Positions 9,261-20,091 of a DNA stretch of 64,000 nucleotides are shown piece after piece. The notes under the pieces are model-generated. The model ran no database searches. It had not been told where the DNA came from and saw only the letters and a list, made by a program, of their open reading frames with translations. Each line of letters opens with the position of its first letter. The stretch's first letter is position 1. Location of the stretch: the NCBI GenBank assembly GCA_963787835.1, contig CAWBEI010000004.1, positions 32,001-96,000 of the forward strand, in the 5' to 3' direction. The position numbers were made by a program, and so were the translations under genes. This stretch comes from Ignavibacteriota bacterium. Its GTDB lineage: Bacteria > Bacteroidota > Ignavibacteria > Palsa-1295.

Positions 9261-10837
9261 ATGAAATACGCATTCCTTTTTCTTCTGCTCGTAAGTCCAT
9301 GTGCGGCGGAATCACAGCCAATAAACAGCCAGCTTTCGACGACGATCTTTCGGAATACCGAGCCGATGATCGCAATAAACCCCGCAAACAGCCACGAGCT
9401 GGTTGTAGCGTGGATGTCCATTCATGTGCTAAGCATGGCGATCGCGACGCGGCCTCATCGGATGGCGGTTCAACCTGGAGCGAACCGGTATATCTCCCTC
9501 ATAACGGAGTGGGATGGGAGTCGGCGGATGTCACAATGGCGTGGGGCAAGAACGGCACACTCTATCTTGTTTATGTTGATTATATTCCTAATACGAACAG
9601 CGATGGCGGTGATTTCATCGTGAGTTCTACAGATGGCGGCCATACATGGTCTGCGCCGGTAAAGGCGATCGATGCGTCGGCAGATACGGATGTTTCGCTC
9701 GACCGTCCGTGGCTTGTTGTCGATACCAGCGGCACGGCCACCAATGGGAATCTCTACTTATGTACGAAACCGGCGCCATGGAACCCACTACCAAATCATT
9801 CCTATTTCACACGTTCTACCGACGGAGGCCAGGATTGGGATCCTGAACGGGTGCTGGACACGGTTACGTATTCCGCTCAGCTTATTCCGGCTCCCATGGG
9901 TTCCCCGGCGGTTGCCAGCAATGGCACACTCTATATTGCATATCCGTATCTTAGCGGTTTGAGCGGCGGTTTTGCACTTGCTGTTTCTCATGATGGCGGT
10001 TTAAGTTTTACTCGATCGTTCTTACTGTTGCCGTACGTCGGAGCTAAAATGAATGATTCCGTGAAGGATGCCTTTCGGCTGATCGTCAATCCTGCCAATC
10101 CAGATCACTTGCTCTTTGCATGGGCCGATCAACGCAATGGCGATTACGACATCTTCGCTTCGGCATCGACCAACGCCGGTGCAAGTTGGTCTGCGCCTGA
10201 GCGTGTGAACGACGATCCCATCGGTAATGGAGTAATGCAGGATATGCTCTGGCCAACGTTCGGCGTAAATGGTTCACTCGCGATGATCTGGCGCGATCGC
10301 CGGAATGGCCTGCCGAATGGGTACGCCTCCGCAAGCGATACCTATGTAGCCACCTCCAGCAATGGCGGATTGAACTGGTCAGGCAATCGGCGTCTTAGTT
10401 CTGCAACGGCATCATACGATAGTATCTTGTTTGGTCCCGGCAACGATTTTATGTCCGCAGCGATCGCAAATGATTCTCTTTACGCGGTGTGGGCTGATAC
10501 AAGGTCGGATAGCCTTCGAGTCTTCTTTGCAGCGATCTCTATGGAAGGATCGAGCGGTGTTACTTCCCAGATCGTATCTCAACGTCCCGATCTGATCGTG
10601 ATCCCCAATCCTGCGTCGGGAACCGCAAGCCTATCGTTTCAATTACCTTCATCGGAGCCATGCACGATCTCGATCTATAACGAGGATGGTATAGTAGTTC
10701 GCCAGGTATTACGTGAGATGCTGCCATCCGGTACCCACCTGATCCAGTGCCCTGTTTCGGGGCTTCCCAATGGTAGTTATTTCATCGAGCTTCAGACCCC
10801 GAACGGGGTATCACGGGCGAAGTTGACGCTTAAGTAG
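9261..10837 (+). CDS. T9SS-secreted BNR/Asp-box (sialidase-like) protein, frameshifted near 9451
   Basis: Signal peptide MKYAFLFLLL in the 9261 frame. Repeated SxDGGxTW boxes and a T9SS CTD (IPNPA...GSYFIEL) are in the 9131 frame. One missing G joins the two. Confidence 0.82.
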
Positions 10838-11144
10838 CACTCCCGCCACGATTTGATGATAGTAAGATAATAGATTCGGGGTGAACCTATTACAGGAATC
10901 TCTGTTAACCATTTCGAGGGTAATTAAACACCCTTCAGGGGCGATCAAGATTCTTGAAACCCCTGTTCGTACATTCACAGCTTTCGGTCTTGTAGTTCAG
11001 AGATTTTTGGTCTTTGTAAACAGCGTCATAGCCCTTGCGTATTGGTGTTTTCCAACTCCGCTTTGCTCTTACTCCTGCTTTCCTTGACATTCCCCGGGCG
11101 CAGTCTCTTGAAAGCGTATTTAACCTATTCTTTACAATCAATTA

Positions 11145-11522
11145 ATGACAAAAATCTTTGTAGGTGGTCTTCCGTATCAAACGGATGACGACCAACTCCA
11201 GCAAATCTTTTCCAGCTATGGCGAGATCGCGAGCGCGAAAGTAATTACCGATCGTGATTCCGGCCGCAGCAAGGGATTTGGCTTCGTCGAGATGGCAGAT
11301 GACACGGCAGCCCAAAAGGCGATCGCGGAATTGCATGAAGCCGAACTCGGCGGACGTACCATCACGGTCAACGAAGCACGCCCGATGGAGCAGCGCTCTG
11401 GCGGCGGCGGCGGTGGACGCAGCGGCGGCTATGGCGGCGGACGCGGCGGCTCTGGCGGTGGCTACGGCGGTTCTGGCGGTGGACGCGGCGGCAGCGGTGG
11501 CGGCGGTGGAAAACGCTGGTAA
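11145..11522 (+). CDS. RRM RNA-binding protein with Gly-rich tail
   Basis: RNP2 IFVGGL, RNP1 KGFGFVEM, RGG/GYGG tail. Confidence 0.95.
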   Translation: MTKIFVGGLPYQTDDDQLQQIFSSYGEIASAKVITDRDSGRSKGFGFVEMADDTAAQKAIAELHEAELGGRTITVNEARPMEQRSGGGGGGRSGGYGGGRGGSGGGYGGSGGGRGGSGGGGGKRW

Positions 11523-11542
11523 GCTTTTTAAGCTTTATTCTT

Positions 11543-11573
11543 AAAGGGATGGTAGAAATACCATCCCTTTTTT
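11543..11573. terminator. Intrinsic terminator, probably bidirectional
   Basis: AAAGGGATGGTA-gaaa-TACCATCCCTTTTTT between the convergent RRM gene and secA. Confidence 0.85.
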
Positions 11574-14500
11574 ATTGCCCTGCACCGTGGCAATTCTTAT
11601 ATTTCTTGCCACTCCCACAGGGGCAAGGATCATTGCGACCAACTTTGGGGCCGGTGCGAACGGTTTGCGGAACCGGGCGAGGCGCGGGAATTTCTGGGTC
11701 TGCTCCTCCTTGCAATCCTGATCCGGCAACTGCTTTCGATGCGATTGCTCGCCCGCGTTGCGGAGCTTGATTAGGCAGCATTCTGCGTCCGCCGGGTTGT
11801 GCGGGAACCATCTGTCCCGTTCGTTGATCCTGCACCATTGGGTAAAGCTTGAATGCCAGTTCCAGTACGCCATCGCGAACGAGTACGAGCAGTTCCTGAA
11901 ACATGCGGTACCCTTCCTGCTTGTACTCGACGAGCGGATCCTTCTGGCCATACGCACGGAGTCCGATACCTTCTTTTAACTCATCCATCTCGCGGAGATG
12001 ATCGCGCCATTTGTCATCGATGACGCGGAGCGAGGCAAATCGTTCGAGAGAAGCCATACTTTCAGTTCCAAGTTGCTCCTCTTTGCGGTTGTAGAATGCA
12101 ATGGCTTCATCAATCAGCTTTCCGGCAACGCCATCCTCGCCGATCTGCGCAAATTCCTCGCGTGTCATCGCCCCATCCACCATGAAGCGTGTGCGGACTT
12201 CGTCCTGCAGTTTCTCCATCTCGCCGGTGTTGTAATAGGTCGCGGTAAGTTCGGTGATAGCCTGTTCGAGATATTCCAGAATTTCGTCTTTCAGGCGCTG
12301 GCCGTAAAGCGCCTCACGGCGGCGTTCGTAGATGACCTCCCGCTGCGAGTTCATCACGTTATCGTATTCGAGCAAGCGCTTACGTGTAGCGAAATTATTC
12401 TCTTCGACCTTCTTCTGTGCGCGCTCGACAGATTTCGTGATCATCGAATGCTTGATGACCTCGCCCTCCTGCAAACCAAGCTTTTGCATGATTCCAGCTA
12501 TGCGGTCGGAACCAAAAAGCCGCATGAGATCGTCTTCCAGCGAAAGATAGAATTGCGTGGAACCGGGATCACCCTGACGGCCTGCGCGGCCACGAAGCTG
12601 GCGATCAATACGGCGCGCTTCATGGCGCTCGGTTCCCAAGATATGCAGGCCACCAGCCTCGCGAACGCCGGGGCCAAGCTTAATGTCCGTGCCACGGCCC
12701 GCCATATTAGTAGCAATCGTCACGCCGCCGGAAAGTCCAGCGTGTGACACGATCTCCGCCTCACGGGCATGTTGCTTCGCATTCAGCACATTGTGCGGAA
12801 TACCGGTACGCTTCAACAGCTTCGCGATCGTTTCGGAAACCTCGACGCTCGTCGTGCCCACAAGGACGGGTCTTCCAAGCTTGTGCAGTTCCTGAATTTC
12901 CTCAATGACAGCGTTCAGCTTTTCGCGTTTGGTGCGATAGACCATGTCATCGCGGTCATCGCGAACGATTGGTACGTTCGTCGGAATGACGACGACATCG
13001 AGCTTGTAGATCGAGAAAAATTCTCCGGCTTCGGTTTCGGCAGTTCCCGTCATGCCCGCGAGCTTTTTATAAAGCCGGAAATAATTCTGGAGCGTGATCG
13101 TTGCCAACGTTTGAGTGTCACGCTCGACGGTAACATTCTCTTTTGCTTCGATCGCCTGATGCAAGCCTTCAGAATATCTGCGGCCTGCAAGAATACGCCC
13201 GGTGAACTCATCGACGATGAGTACTTTGCCCTCCTGGACCACATAATCGACATCCTTCTCATACAGCGAATAGGCGCGCAAAAGCTGAGAGATAGTGTGC
13301 AACCGGTCCGAACGGTCGGCATAGACGAGATGGATCGCGTCTTTCCTGGTTCGTTTTTCCTCGTCAGTAAGCCCTTCGAGTTGGGAAAGCTCGGTCGCGA
13401 TGTCGGGAAGGATGAAGAGGTCTTTATCGCCGCCTGCGGCTAAAAATTCCCGGCCTTTATCGGTGAGATCGATATTGTGATTCTTCTCTTCAACGATGAA
13501 GTACAGCGGATCGTCGATGAGGTGCATATTACGCGATTGATCACGCATGAACTCCAGCTCCGTTTGCTGCATGAGCTTCAGCATGTCGCCATCGGCAAGC
13601 AGTTTCAGCAACCGATTATTTTTCGGCATGCCGTGATGGACCCGTACAAGTTGCTCGCCGGCTTGCTTTTTCTTTTCTTCGTCACCCGATTTCAGAAGCT
13701 GCTCGGCTTCGGTCATAAACGTCGCGCAGAGGGATTTCTGGGCATTGACGATCCGATCGACGAGCGGCTTCATTTCGTCGAACTTGTGATCGGAACTTTC
13801 AACAGGGCCGGAAATAATGAGCGGCGTACGTGCTTCATCGATAAGAACGGAATCTACTTCGTCAACGACCGCATAATAATGCGGGCGCTGGACCATGTCC
13901 TTGGCGTTCTGCACCATATTGTCGCGCAGATAGTCGAATCCAAATTCGTTATTCGTTCCGTACGTAATGTCCGCATTATACGCTGGTTTGCGTTCCCACG
14001 GCTGCATCGTTTGTAGGATCACGCCAACGGTCAGGCCGAGAAATTCGTAGATCTTGCCCATCCATTGCGAATCGCGTGAGGCAAGATAATCATTAACGGT
14101 CACAAGGTGCACGCCGCGACCGGGAAGTGCGTTCAAATAAACCGGCATCGTTGCGACAAGCGTTTTTCCTTCGCCCGTGGCCATTTCTGCGATCTTACCC
14201 TGATGCAGAACCGCCCCGCCGATCAGTTGCACATCGAAGGGAATCATATCCCACTTGATCTGCTGACCTGCGACAGTAAAAGTTTTTCCGACAAGTCTTC
14301 GGCACGCATCTTTCACCACGGCGAATGCTTCGGGAAGCAATTCATCGAGCACCGTTTTGGTCAGTTCATCGAGCTCTTTGCGAAGCTCTGGTAAGCGATC
14401 GAGGATTTGCTCGCGTTCGTCGTGAGGCACGTCCTCTTTGAGGCGTTCGAGCAGTTCGCGCTCTTCCTCTTCCAGCGCGCCGGTCACTTCGTGAATATGC

Positions 14501-14652
14501 CCGCGAAATTCGGCGGTTTTCGCGCGAAGTTCATCGTCCGAGAGATCCGCCAGCGTCTCGTAGATCTCATTGATCTCATCGACCAGCGGCAAAAGCTGCT
14601 CGACATCCTTATCCTTCTTGGAGCCAAAAATCTTCTCTAAATACTTGAGCAT
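11572..14652 (-). CDS. secA: Preprotein translocase ATPase SecA
   Basis: [41 protein letters not shown] motif [13 protein letters not shown]. Confidence 0.99.
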   Translation of the reverse strand: MLKYLEKIFGSKKDKDVEQLLPLVDEINEIYETLADLSDDELRAKTAEFRGHIHEVTGALEEEERELLERLKEDVPHDEREQILDRLPELRKELDELTKTVLDELLPEAFAVVKDACRRLVGKTFTVAGQQIKWDMIPFDVQLIGGAVLHQGKIAEMATGEGKTLVATMPVYLNALPGRGVHLVTVNDYLASRDSQWMGKIYEFLGLTVGVILQTMQPWERKPAYNADITYGTNNEFGFDYLRDNMVQNAKDMVQRPHYYAVVDEVDSVLIDEARTPLIISGPVESSDHKFDEMKPLVDRIVNAQKSLCATFMTEAEQLLKSGDEEKKKQAGEQLVRVHHGMPKNNRLLKLLADGDMLKLMQQTELEFMRDQSRNMHLIDDPLYFIVEEKNHNIDLTDKGREFLAAGGDKDLFILPDIATELSQLEGLTDEEKRTRKDAIHLVYADRSDRLHTISQLLRAYSLYEKDVDYVVQEGKVLIVDEFTGRILAGRRYSEGLHQAIEAKENVTVERDTQTLATITLQNYFRLYKKLAGMTGTAETEAGEFFSIYKLDVVVIPTNVPIVRDDRDDMVYRTKREKLNAVIEEIQELHKLGRPVLVGTTSVEVSETIAKLLKRTGIPHNVLNAKQHAREAEIVSHAGLSGGVTIATNMAGRGTDIKLGPGVREAGGLHILGTERHEARRIDRQLRGRAGRQGDPGSTQFYLSLEDDLMRLFGSDRIAGIMQKLGLQEGEVIKHSMITKSVERAQKKVEENNFATRKRLLEYDNVMNSQREVIYERRREALYGQRLKDEILEYLEQAITELTATYYNTGEMEKLQDEVRTRFMVDGAMTREEFAQIGEDGVAGKLIDEAIAFYNRKEEQLGTESMASLERFASLRVIDDKWRDHLREMDELKEGIGLRAYGQKDPLVEYKQEGYRMFQELLVLVRDGVLELAFKLYPMVQDQRTGQMVPAQPGGRRMLPNQAPQRGRAIASKAVAGSGLQGGADPEIPAPRPVPQTVRTGPKVGRNDPCPCGSGKKYKNCHGAGQ

Positions 14653-14814
14653 GAATCGAAATAAACCCTAAAAACTCGTAAAAACAGCTAAAACGGGCTA
14701 AATTTGCCCTTTGACCTATAAAGTCAAGCCACAACGCTAAAACGAGGGCAATGCTTCCGGGTTTCAGACGGCGATAGGGACATGAAATTTTACATTTGAT
14801 CGAAAGTGTTAGTT

Positions 14815-14840
14815 GTCATTCCCGCGAAAGCGGGAATCCA
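14815..14840. repeat. Palindromic REP-like repeat, family A (single unit)
   Basis: GTCATTCCCGCGAAAGCGGGAATCCA, identical to the unit at 42989. Confidence 0.85.
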
Positions 14841-14891
14841 GGGCTTAATAGAGTTTTTTTAATCTGTCCTGAACTCAACCCTGAACGCACT

Positions 14892-15539
14892 ATGAAAAAC
14901 CAAGAATCGGATAATAGTCTTGTGATCTCCTTCCTTCATCTGCGCGCGCTTGTCGGTGTTCTGGGAATCGCCTTGCCGATCGTGATGCTGCTGTACGCGC
15001 TATTGCTAAGCCCGTGCGGCGGGGTCGAACAATCGATCAGCGCGTACTACCATACGCACATGCGGAACGTTTTTGTCGGGATACTCTGCGGAGTCGGAGT
15101 CTTTATGATCACATACAAAGGGTACGAAACGAAGGACACCATCGCAAGCACGCTGGCTGGGATATTCGCCATCTGCGTTGCGATGTTCCCAACGTCGGAC
15201 GAGTCCGCATGTGAGCATAACGGTCTGGTGAACGGAACTATTGGTGATGTTCACATTCTCGCGGCACTCGGCCTGTTCGCGATGTTCGCTTATATGTCCA
15301 TCAAGCTTTTCACATTAACCGGCGGCAACATGACGGATAAAAAGAAACAGCGCAATGTGCTGTACCGGGTCTGTGGATGGACGGTTGTTGCGTGTATCGT
15401 GCTGATAGCCGCTCACAAGTTCACCGGCGTGTTTCCAGCGACCATGCGGCCCGTCTTCTGGTTAGAAACGATCGCGCTGCTTGCCTTCGGAATATCCTGG
15501 CTCACGAAAGGTGAAGGGATAAAAGTTTTGAATGATTAA
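14892..15539 (+). CDS. Integral membrane protein (DUF998-like)
   Basis: About six TM helices; SISAYYHT and FWLETIALLAFGISWL motifs. Confidence 0.75.
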   Translation: MKNQESDNSLVISFLHLRALVGVLGIALPIVMLLYALLLSPCGGVEQSISAYYHTHMRNVFVGILCGVGVFMITYKGYETKDTIASTLAGIFAICVAMFPTSDESACEHNGLVNGTIGDVHILAALGLFAMFAYMSIKLFTLTGGNMTDKKKQRNVLYRVCGWTVVACIVLIAAHKFTGVFPATMRPVFWLETIALLAFGISWLTKGEGIKVLND

Positions 15540-15582
15540 ACACGCTATGTGGACGGCACGAGCCGCGCGACGGGAGCAGACG

Positions 15583-16256
15583 CATTTTAGTCCCGAAGGG
15601 ACGGAGTACCCGCAGCCCAGGGTGAAGCGAAGCGGAACCCTGGGTAATGGTAAGGTTTGAATTTAAAAGCCCTGAAAGGGCGGTGTTATTCCCCGTCGTC
15701 ATCACGCCATAAATATTTTGGGTCGTATTCAACACCGGCGGCCTTCAACATATCCTCAAACTCTTCCTGGAATGTTTTGTGGCGATGATGTTCCTCTTGA
15801 TTCTGAATATAACTCTCAACATTTTTAATGTGGCTCGGACTCACGCTGAATACGCCATATCCCGATTGCCAACTAAAATTCTTTCCTGTTTTCTTTCGAA
15901 GCCATGAAGAAGATTTTGCTTTGATTTCTCGCAACAACGTTGCGACGGATGATTCGCGTCCGAGATCGATCAAGAGATGAACATGATCGGGCATTCCGCC
16001 TTCCGAGATTAATCGGGCTTTGCAATCTTTTAGAATCGGTGTGATATATCGAGCGAATTCGGTGTGAAGCTCTTTCGTTAGCAAGTTCTCTCGGTGCTTC
16101 GTGCCAAAAACGATGTGGAGATAAACGGGTCCGTAGGATTGTGCCATTCTGACTGCGCCCTTTCAGGGCTTAAAAAATTAATTGGTTCCGTTAACCCAGG
16201 GTTCCGCTTCGCTGCACCCTGGGCTGCGAGTACTCCGTCGCTCCGCGACTAAATGC
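15583..16256. mobile_element. REP-associated Y1 transposase element bounded by ~100-bp imperfect inverted repeats
   Basis: 15583-15683 and 16155-16256 are reverse complements sharing GGAGTAC.CGCAGCCCAGGGTG.AGCGAAGCGGAACCCTGGGT and GCCCTGAAAGGGCG. Confidence 0.85.
15686..16147 (-). CDS. tnpA: IS200/IS605-family (Y1 HUH) transposase, REP-associated type
   Basis: HIVFGTK, DHVHLL (HUH), WQSGYGVFSVS, YIQNQEEHH. Confidence 0.93.
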   Translation of the reverse strand: MAQSYGPVYLHIVFGTKHRENLLTKELHTEFARYITPILKDCKARLISEGGMPDHVHLLIDLGRESSVATLLREIKAKSSSWLRKKTGKNFSWQSGYGVFSVSPSHIKNVESYIQNQEEHHRHKTFQEEFEDMLKAAGVEYDPKYLWRDDDGE

Positions 16257-16261
16257 CATTC

Positions 16262-17041
16262 CTAAAAGGGAAGATCGTCGATATTTACTCGATCAGCGTT
16301 CCTCACGATGTCTTCATCCCACCAGGCCATCGCATTTACAGCGCCACTAAGTTGCTTGGGTACAAAGACATACCTATTACGTATGATTGTTTTAAGTATT
16401 TCGGAAGTAGACAGAACAATTTTCTTTGCTATCTTCTTGAGGAATTCAACTTCAGATAGTATTCGGTCAGTTGTGACCTCCAAGGAATCGCCATGCGCTC
16501 GTCGGCGCTCAGAAGGAATCTCATCGAAGGCCTGCCTAATGTACGACGTTGTGTAAGCGCCGCCATGATGGACTATCAAATTTCGATCCCGAAGAAGCCT
16601 TTCGTATGCTTTAACTTCATCCTTGCCAAATGGCGTAATCTTAAGTGCTGATGTGTATATGGAATTTATTTTCTTCGCTGAACCTGCGTCCAGATTCTGC
16701 GAAATTAGAAATCCGATCATGTACTGAAGGCGATCTATGTACTCATACACGTCGTCTGCGGCGAGATCGGTCCTATGGCCGCCTTGCTTCAGTGAATCGA
16801 TGATTTCTGGCGCTATGGAAATGGCTGAGGCTATCTGATCTTTTGCGAAGGCCTCGAAATATGATACCAGCCCGATTAGGCATAGGCTATTCAGGTGACC
16901 ACGAACATCTTCGGAGGAGTTCTGAGCAATTCGAGCAGTATCATCCGCGACCATTCGAAAAACGACACCAGCTGGAACATAGCCTGAGAAATACTCAAAG
17001 TAGCTAAATTCCTCTTCATCCATCTCCCAATGTTTTCTCAC
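16262..17041 (-). CDS. HEPN-domain protein (putative RNase)
   Basis: LVSYFEAFAKD helix and Rx4H motif RNLIVH followed by HGG. Confidence 0.7.
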   Translation of the reverse strand: MRKHWEMDEEEFSYFEYFSGYVPAGVVFRMVADDTARIAQNSSEDVRGHLNSLCLIGLVSYFEAFAKDQIASAISIAPEIIDSLKQGGHRTDLAADDVYEYIDRLQYMIGFLISQNLDAGSAKKINSIYTSALKITPFGKDEVKAYERLLRDRNLIVHHGGAYTTSYIRQAFDEIPSERRRAHGDSLEVTTDRILSEVEFLKKIAKKIVLSTSEILKTIIRNRYVFVPKQLSGAVNAMAWWDEDIVRNADRVNIDDLPF

Positions 17042-17157
17042 AACAGCCTCCCTTGCTCCGCCCCCATATCCTCCACAGCCGCGCGCTTGAACGTGGAGCG
17101 TCCTCCGCCGCGGCGGATTAGATCCGGGAACCGGGGGCGTTCGGTGCCGTTCGCATT

Positions 17158-17356
17158 AAGCTCCGTAGGAGCGCCATATTTATAGCCCCCGGCGTGAGCC
17201 GGGGGTAGAGGAAAGCGAATCGAATTAAAGCTCCGTAGGAGCGGCATATTATGGCGCGGGTAATATGCCGCTCCTACGGAGTTTCTGCATTCAAAAAAAC
17301 ACGTCAACCCCGCGCTGACGCACGGGGCTACCAATATATCGCTCCTAACGGAGCTA
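17158..17356. repeat. REP cluster, family E (four AGCTCCGTAGGAGCG units in inverted arrangement)
   Basis: Units near 17159 and 17229, inverted units near 17268 and 17340, with internal GC hairpins. Confidence 0.85.
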
Positions 17357-17370
17357 AACTCGTGCCTTCT

Positions 17371-17400
17371 ATAGGTGCCTATCATTTGGCGTACAATATA
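17371..17400 (-). promoter_or_regulatory. Candidate -10 box plus operator facing the HEPN/tnpA genes
   Basis: Minus strand TATATT (17395-17400), 12 nt, then ATAGGCACCTAT (17371-17382). No consensus -35. Confidence 0.55.
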
Positions 17401-17454
17401 CGATTAAAACGGTGGTTTTGTGCCGTTTCGTTTTTCCCAAAAACAACTTGACAT

Positions 17455-17536
17455 TGTAGCGCCGGCGTCCTCGCCGGTCCCCTAATCTCCGGATCGCACG
17501 AACCCCAGGGGGACAGGCGAGGACGCCTGCGCTACA
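17455..17536. repeat. REP doublet (GTAG-type)
   Basis: TGTAGCGCCGGCGTCCTCGCCGG...CAGGCGAGGACGCCTGCGCTACA. Confidence 0.85.
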
Positions 17537-17546
17537 TTATTTTCAA

Positions 17547-17810
17547 AAATCTTTCGGAAATACTTGACATGGTCCTTTTTCGTGCGTATATTGAGAGTGA
17601 AGTTATAGGCACCTATATCAATTACGAAGTTAGAATTAATAATTAAGAATGGGTGCTCAGTGGCTCATTGAAAATGGAAGTGATAGCTTTCTTTATGAAC
17701 GAGTCCTTTGAGAAAATGGATTTCGGCTTTCCTTCAGAACAAGTGTCGAAAACAGCTTGGAAACGAGGGGTCATCGGGAACTCGCAAGAAAAAGAAATGG
17801 CACCTACTTC
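17547..17810 (+). other. Conserved promoter-operator-hairpin element, copy A (candidate ncRNA or micro-ORF unit)
   Basis: TTGACA(17564)-17 nt-TATATT(17587), ATAGGCACCTAT(17605); colinear with the reverse complement of 53760-54035. Confidence 0.75.
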
Positions 17811-17856
17811 TGGGGGAAAAGATGAAAGATGAATTATGAAAGATGAAATGGTAAGC

Positions 17857-18660
17857 CTATGCTCTCAGGTGGTGCATGAATATTCCGCTGGCGATCGCGA
17901 CGTTCAGCGAATCGATTCCGGGAGCCATTGGGATCTTGGCAAGGATGTCGCATTCCTGCGCAACGGATTCCCGAAGTCCCCATCCTTCGGAGCCGAACAC
18001 GAGGATGGTGTTGCCGGATGGGGTTACTTCCGAAAGATCGAGAGAATCCTCTCGCAGTGCCGCGCCAATGATGCGGACATTTGGGGATGCTTTCATCGCT
18101 CGAAGCGAATTGGCAAGATCGTCCACAAAAATGATCGCGACATCTACGATCGTTCCCATCGAAACGCGGACGGAGCGGCGAAGATATGGATTGCAGCTTT
18201 GCTCATCGACGATGACGGCGCTTGCTCCGAAGGCGGCGGCGTTACGGATGATCGCTCCCATGTTTTCGGCGTCCGCAATGGCATCGAGCGCAATAGCCAT
18301 CCACGGGGACTGCCATTGCTTCGCAGCCAATAGCAATTCCCGGTTTTCTGGAATGCGGCACGCCAGCATTATACCTTGATGCAATGGATAACCGACGACT
18401 TTCTCCATTTCCTCTTTGGAAGCGAGAAATATGTTTGTGGAATCATTCCGAGCATCGAAGAGCGGTTGAAGATTTTCGAAATGTTCCTCGGTCATAAAGG
18501 CCGAGGGCACTTCGATAGTGCTTTCGAGCATTTTCCGAACGATCTTTTCACTTTCGGCAATGAACAGGCCTTTTTCGAAGAGTCCGCCTTTGCCCCGGAG
18601 CGATCGAAAGTCATCCACGGCTGTGGGATCGTATTGACGAATAAGGTTATATGACATCAT
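17857..18660 (-). CDS. TrmH/SpoU family RNA methyltransferase
   Basis: ENMGAIIRNAAAFG, VRVSMG, FGSEGWGL, IPM..GIDSLNVA. Confidence 0.93.
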   Translation of the reverse strand: MMSYNLIRQYDPTAVDDFRSLRGKGGLFEKGLFIAESEKIVRKMLESTIEVPSAFMTEEHFENLQPLFDARNDSTNIFLASKEEMEKVVGYPLHQGIMLACRIPENRELLLAAKQWQSPWMAIALDAIADAENMGAIIRNAAAFGASAVIVDEQSCNPYLRRSVRVSMGTIVDVAIIFVDDLANSLRAMKASPNVRIIGAALREDSLDLSEVTPSGNTILVFGSEGWGLRESVAQECDILAKIPMAPGIDSLNVAIASGIFMHHLRA

Positions 18661-18687
18661 CCTGTAAACACCGGGAACGGGGGATTC

Positions 18688-20091
18688 ATGACTTCTGTAA
18701 TACCGGCTTGTTTTCTTGAACATAACATCGTGTTCACTCGCCCATCTTTTTTAGTTCGAACGATCGGAGCCAAAGGCAAGCTGGGACTTTGGCCCCTGGT
18801 GATGACCATTTTCTTCTGCGTAAGCGGAGGGCCATACGGTCTGGAAACCATCGTGCAATCCGGACGTGGGATGGCGCTGGTGCTCATCGTGATTGTTGGG
18901 ATTATTTGGGCGATGCCGATTGCGTTACTCAGCGCAGAACTTGGCTCAGCCATTCCCGAAGAAGGAGGGTATTACCAATGGGTGAAGCGCGGCGTTGGTC
19001 CGCGCGCTGGCTTTTGGTGCGGGTGGCTGACCTATCTCTATAGCTGCGTGGATGTTGCGATTTATCCCGTGCTCTTCGTGAAGTATTTAGGAGCACTTGG
19101 TTTCGACCTTTCTGATCCGATCGCACATTTTGCAGTGCGACTTGCGATGGTCGTTCCGCTTACCTGGCTGAACATCAAAGGCGCAGTTAGTTCCGGGAAT
19201 GCGGCGCTGATGTTCGCGTTGGCACTTCTGGTTCCATACATTGTCATGCTTGCGATCGGGATCGTGCCTTCCGCCGAGCATTTTGAGCAGATCGTTTCAC
19301 CGCTGACCGCTCCCGGAGTCTCAACCACAACAGCAATTGCAACGGGGCTCTTCGTCATTATGTGGAATTATCTCGGCTGGGATTCTATCTCGACCATTTC
19401 GCGAGAAATGAAAGATGCACCAAGAAGTTTTCCAAAGGCACTGATGATCGGATTGCCGCTTGTCGTGCTGTTTTATTTTCTCCCAGTCGTGGTTGGTCTC
19501 AACGCAGTTCCCGATATTTCGAAGTGGACCGATGGCAGTTGGCCAACGATCGCGGAAGCGGTTGGAGGCCGAACGCTTGGCGTTGCCGTTGGACTTGGTG
19601 GACTCCTGAGCGCTGCTGGGCTATTCGTCGCTGGGCTTCTTGCGGCATCGCGTATTCCCTTCGTGCTTGCCGCCGATGGATATTTGCCGCAGGCTTTTAC
19701 CAAACTGCACAAAAGGTTTGCAACTCCGACACGGGCGATCGTCACCAGTGCGATGCTCTATCTTCTCCTCAGTGGATTCTCCTTCGAGCAGCTTGCAGAG
19801 GTCGATGTGCTTCTATATTCCGCAGCGCTCTTGCTGGAATTTCTGGCGCTCATACAATTGCGCCGACGCGATCCGGTATTAGCTCGACCGTTTCGCATTC
19901 GCGGCGGACTCAAGACGGTCGTTGTTATTTCCATCCTTCCGGCACTTCTTATCCTTGGCGCAACGATTCAAATGTTAAGCTCTGCGTGGATCGAAACGTT
20001 GTCGCTATTTGCATTTGCCGGGATTTCGGGAATATTTCTTATTACAATGAAACATCGTCGTAATTTTGAAGCGACTATCTCTAAAAACTAA
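18688..20091 (+). CDS. APC family amino acid/polyamine permease
   Basis: SGGPYGLE, AELGSAIPEEGGYY, WNYLGWD; about 12 TM. Confidence 0.92.
   Translation: MTSVIPACFLEHNIVFTRPSFLVRTIGAKGKLGLWPLVMTIFFCVSGGPYGLETIVQSGRGMALVLIVIVGIIWAMPIALLSAELGSAIPEEGGYYQWVKRGVGPRAGFWCGWLTYLYSCVDVAIYPVLFVKYLGALGFDLSDPIAHFAVRLAMVVPLTWLNIKGAVSSGNAALMFALALLVPYIVMLAIGIVPSAEHFEQIVSPLTAPGVSTTTAIATGLFVIMWNYLGWDSISTISREMKDAPRSFPKALMIGLPLVVLFYFLPVVVGLNAVPDISKWTDGSWPTIAEAVGGRTLGVAVGLGGLLSAAGLFVAGLLAASRIPFVLAADGYLPQAFTKLHKRFATPTRAIVTSAMLYLLLSGFSFEQLAEVDVLLYSAALLLEFLALIQLRRRDPVLARPFRIRGGLKTVVVISILPALLILGATIQMLSSAWIETLSLFAFAGISGIFLITMKHRRNFEATISKN

Noticed and set aside
11998-14640. Several 75-250-aa ORFs antisense to secA
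   Set aside because: Shadow ORFs of a GC3-rich gene with no recognisable domains.
17547-17810. rRNA operon start
   Set aside because: The promoter and boxA-like motif resemble an rrn leader, but no 16S sequence follows either copy.
17817-17848. Heptamer-like GATGAAA/TATGAAA run (similar runs near 58343 and 61172)
   Set aside because: Short low-complexity intergenic repeats; no associated gene or structure that I can support.
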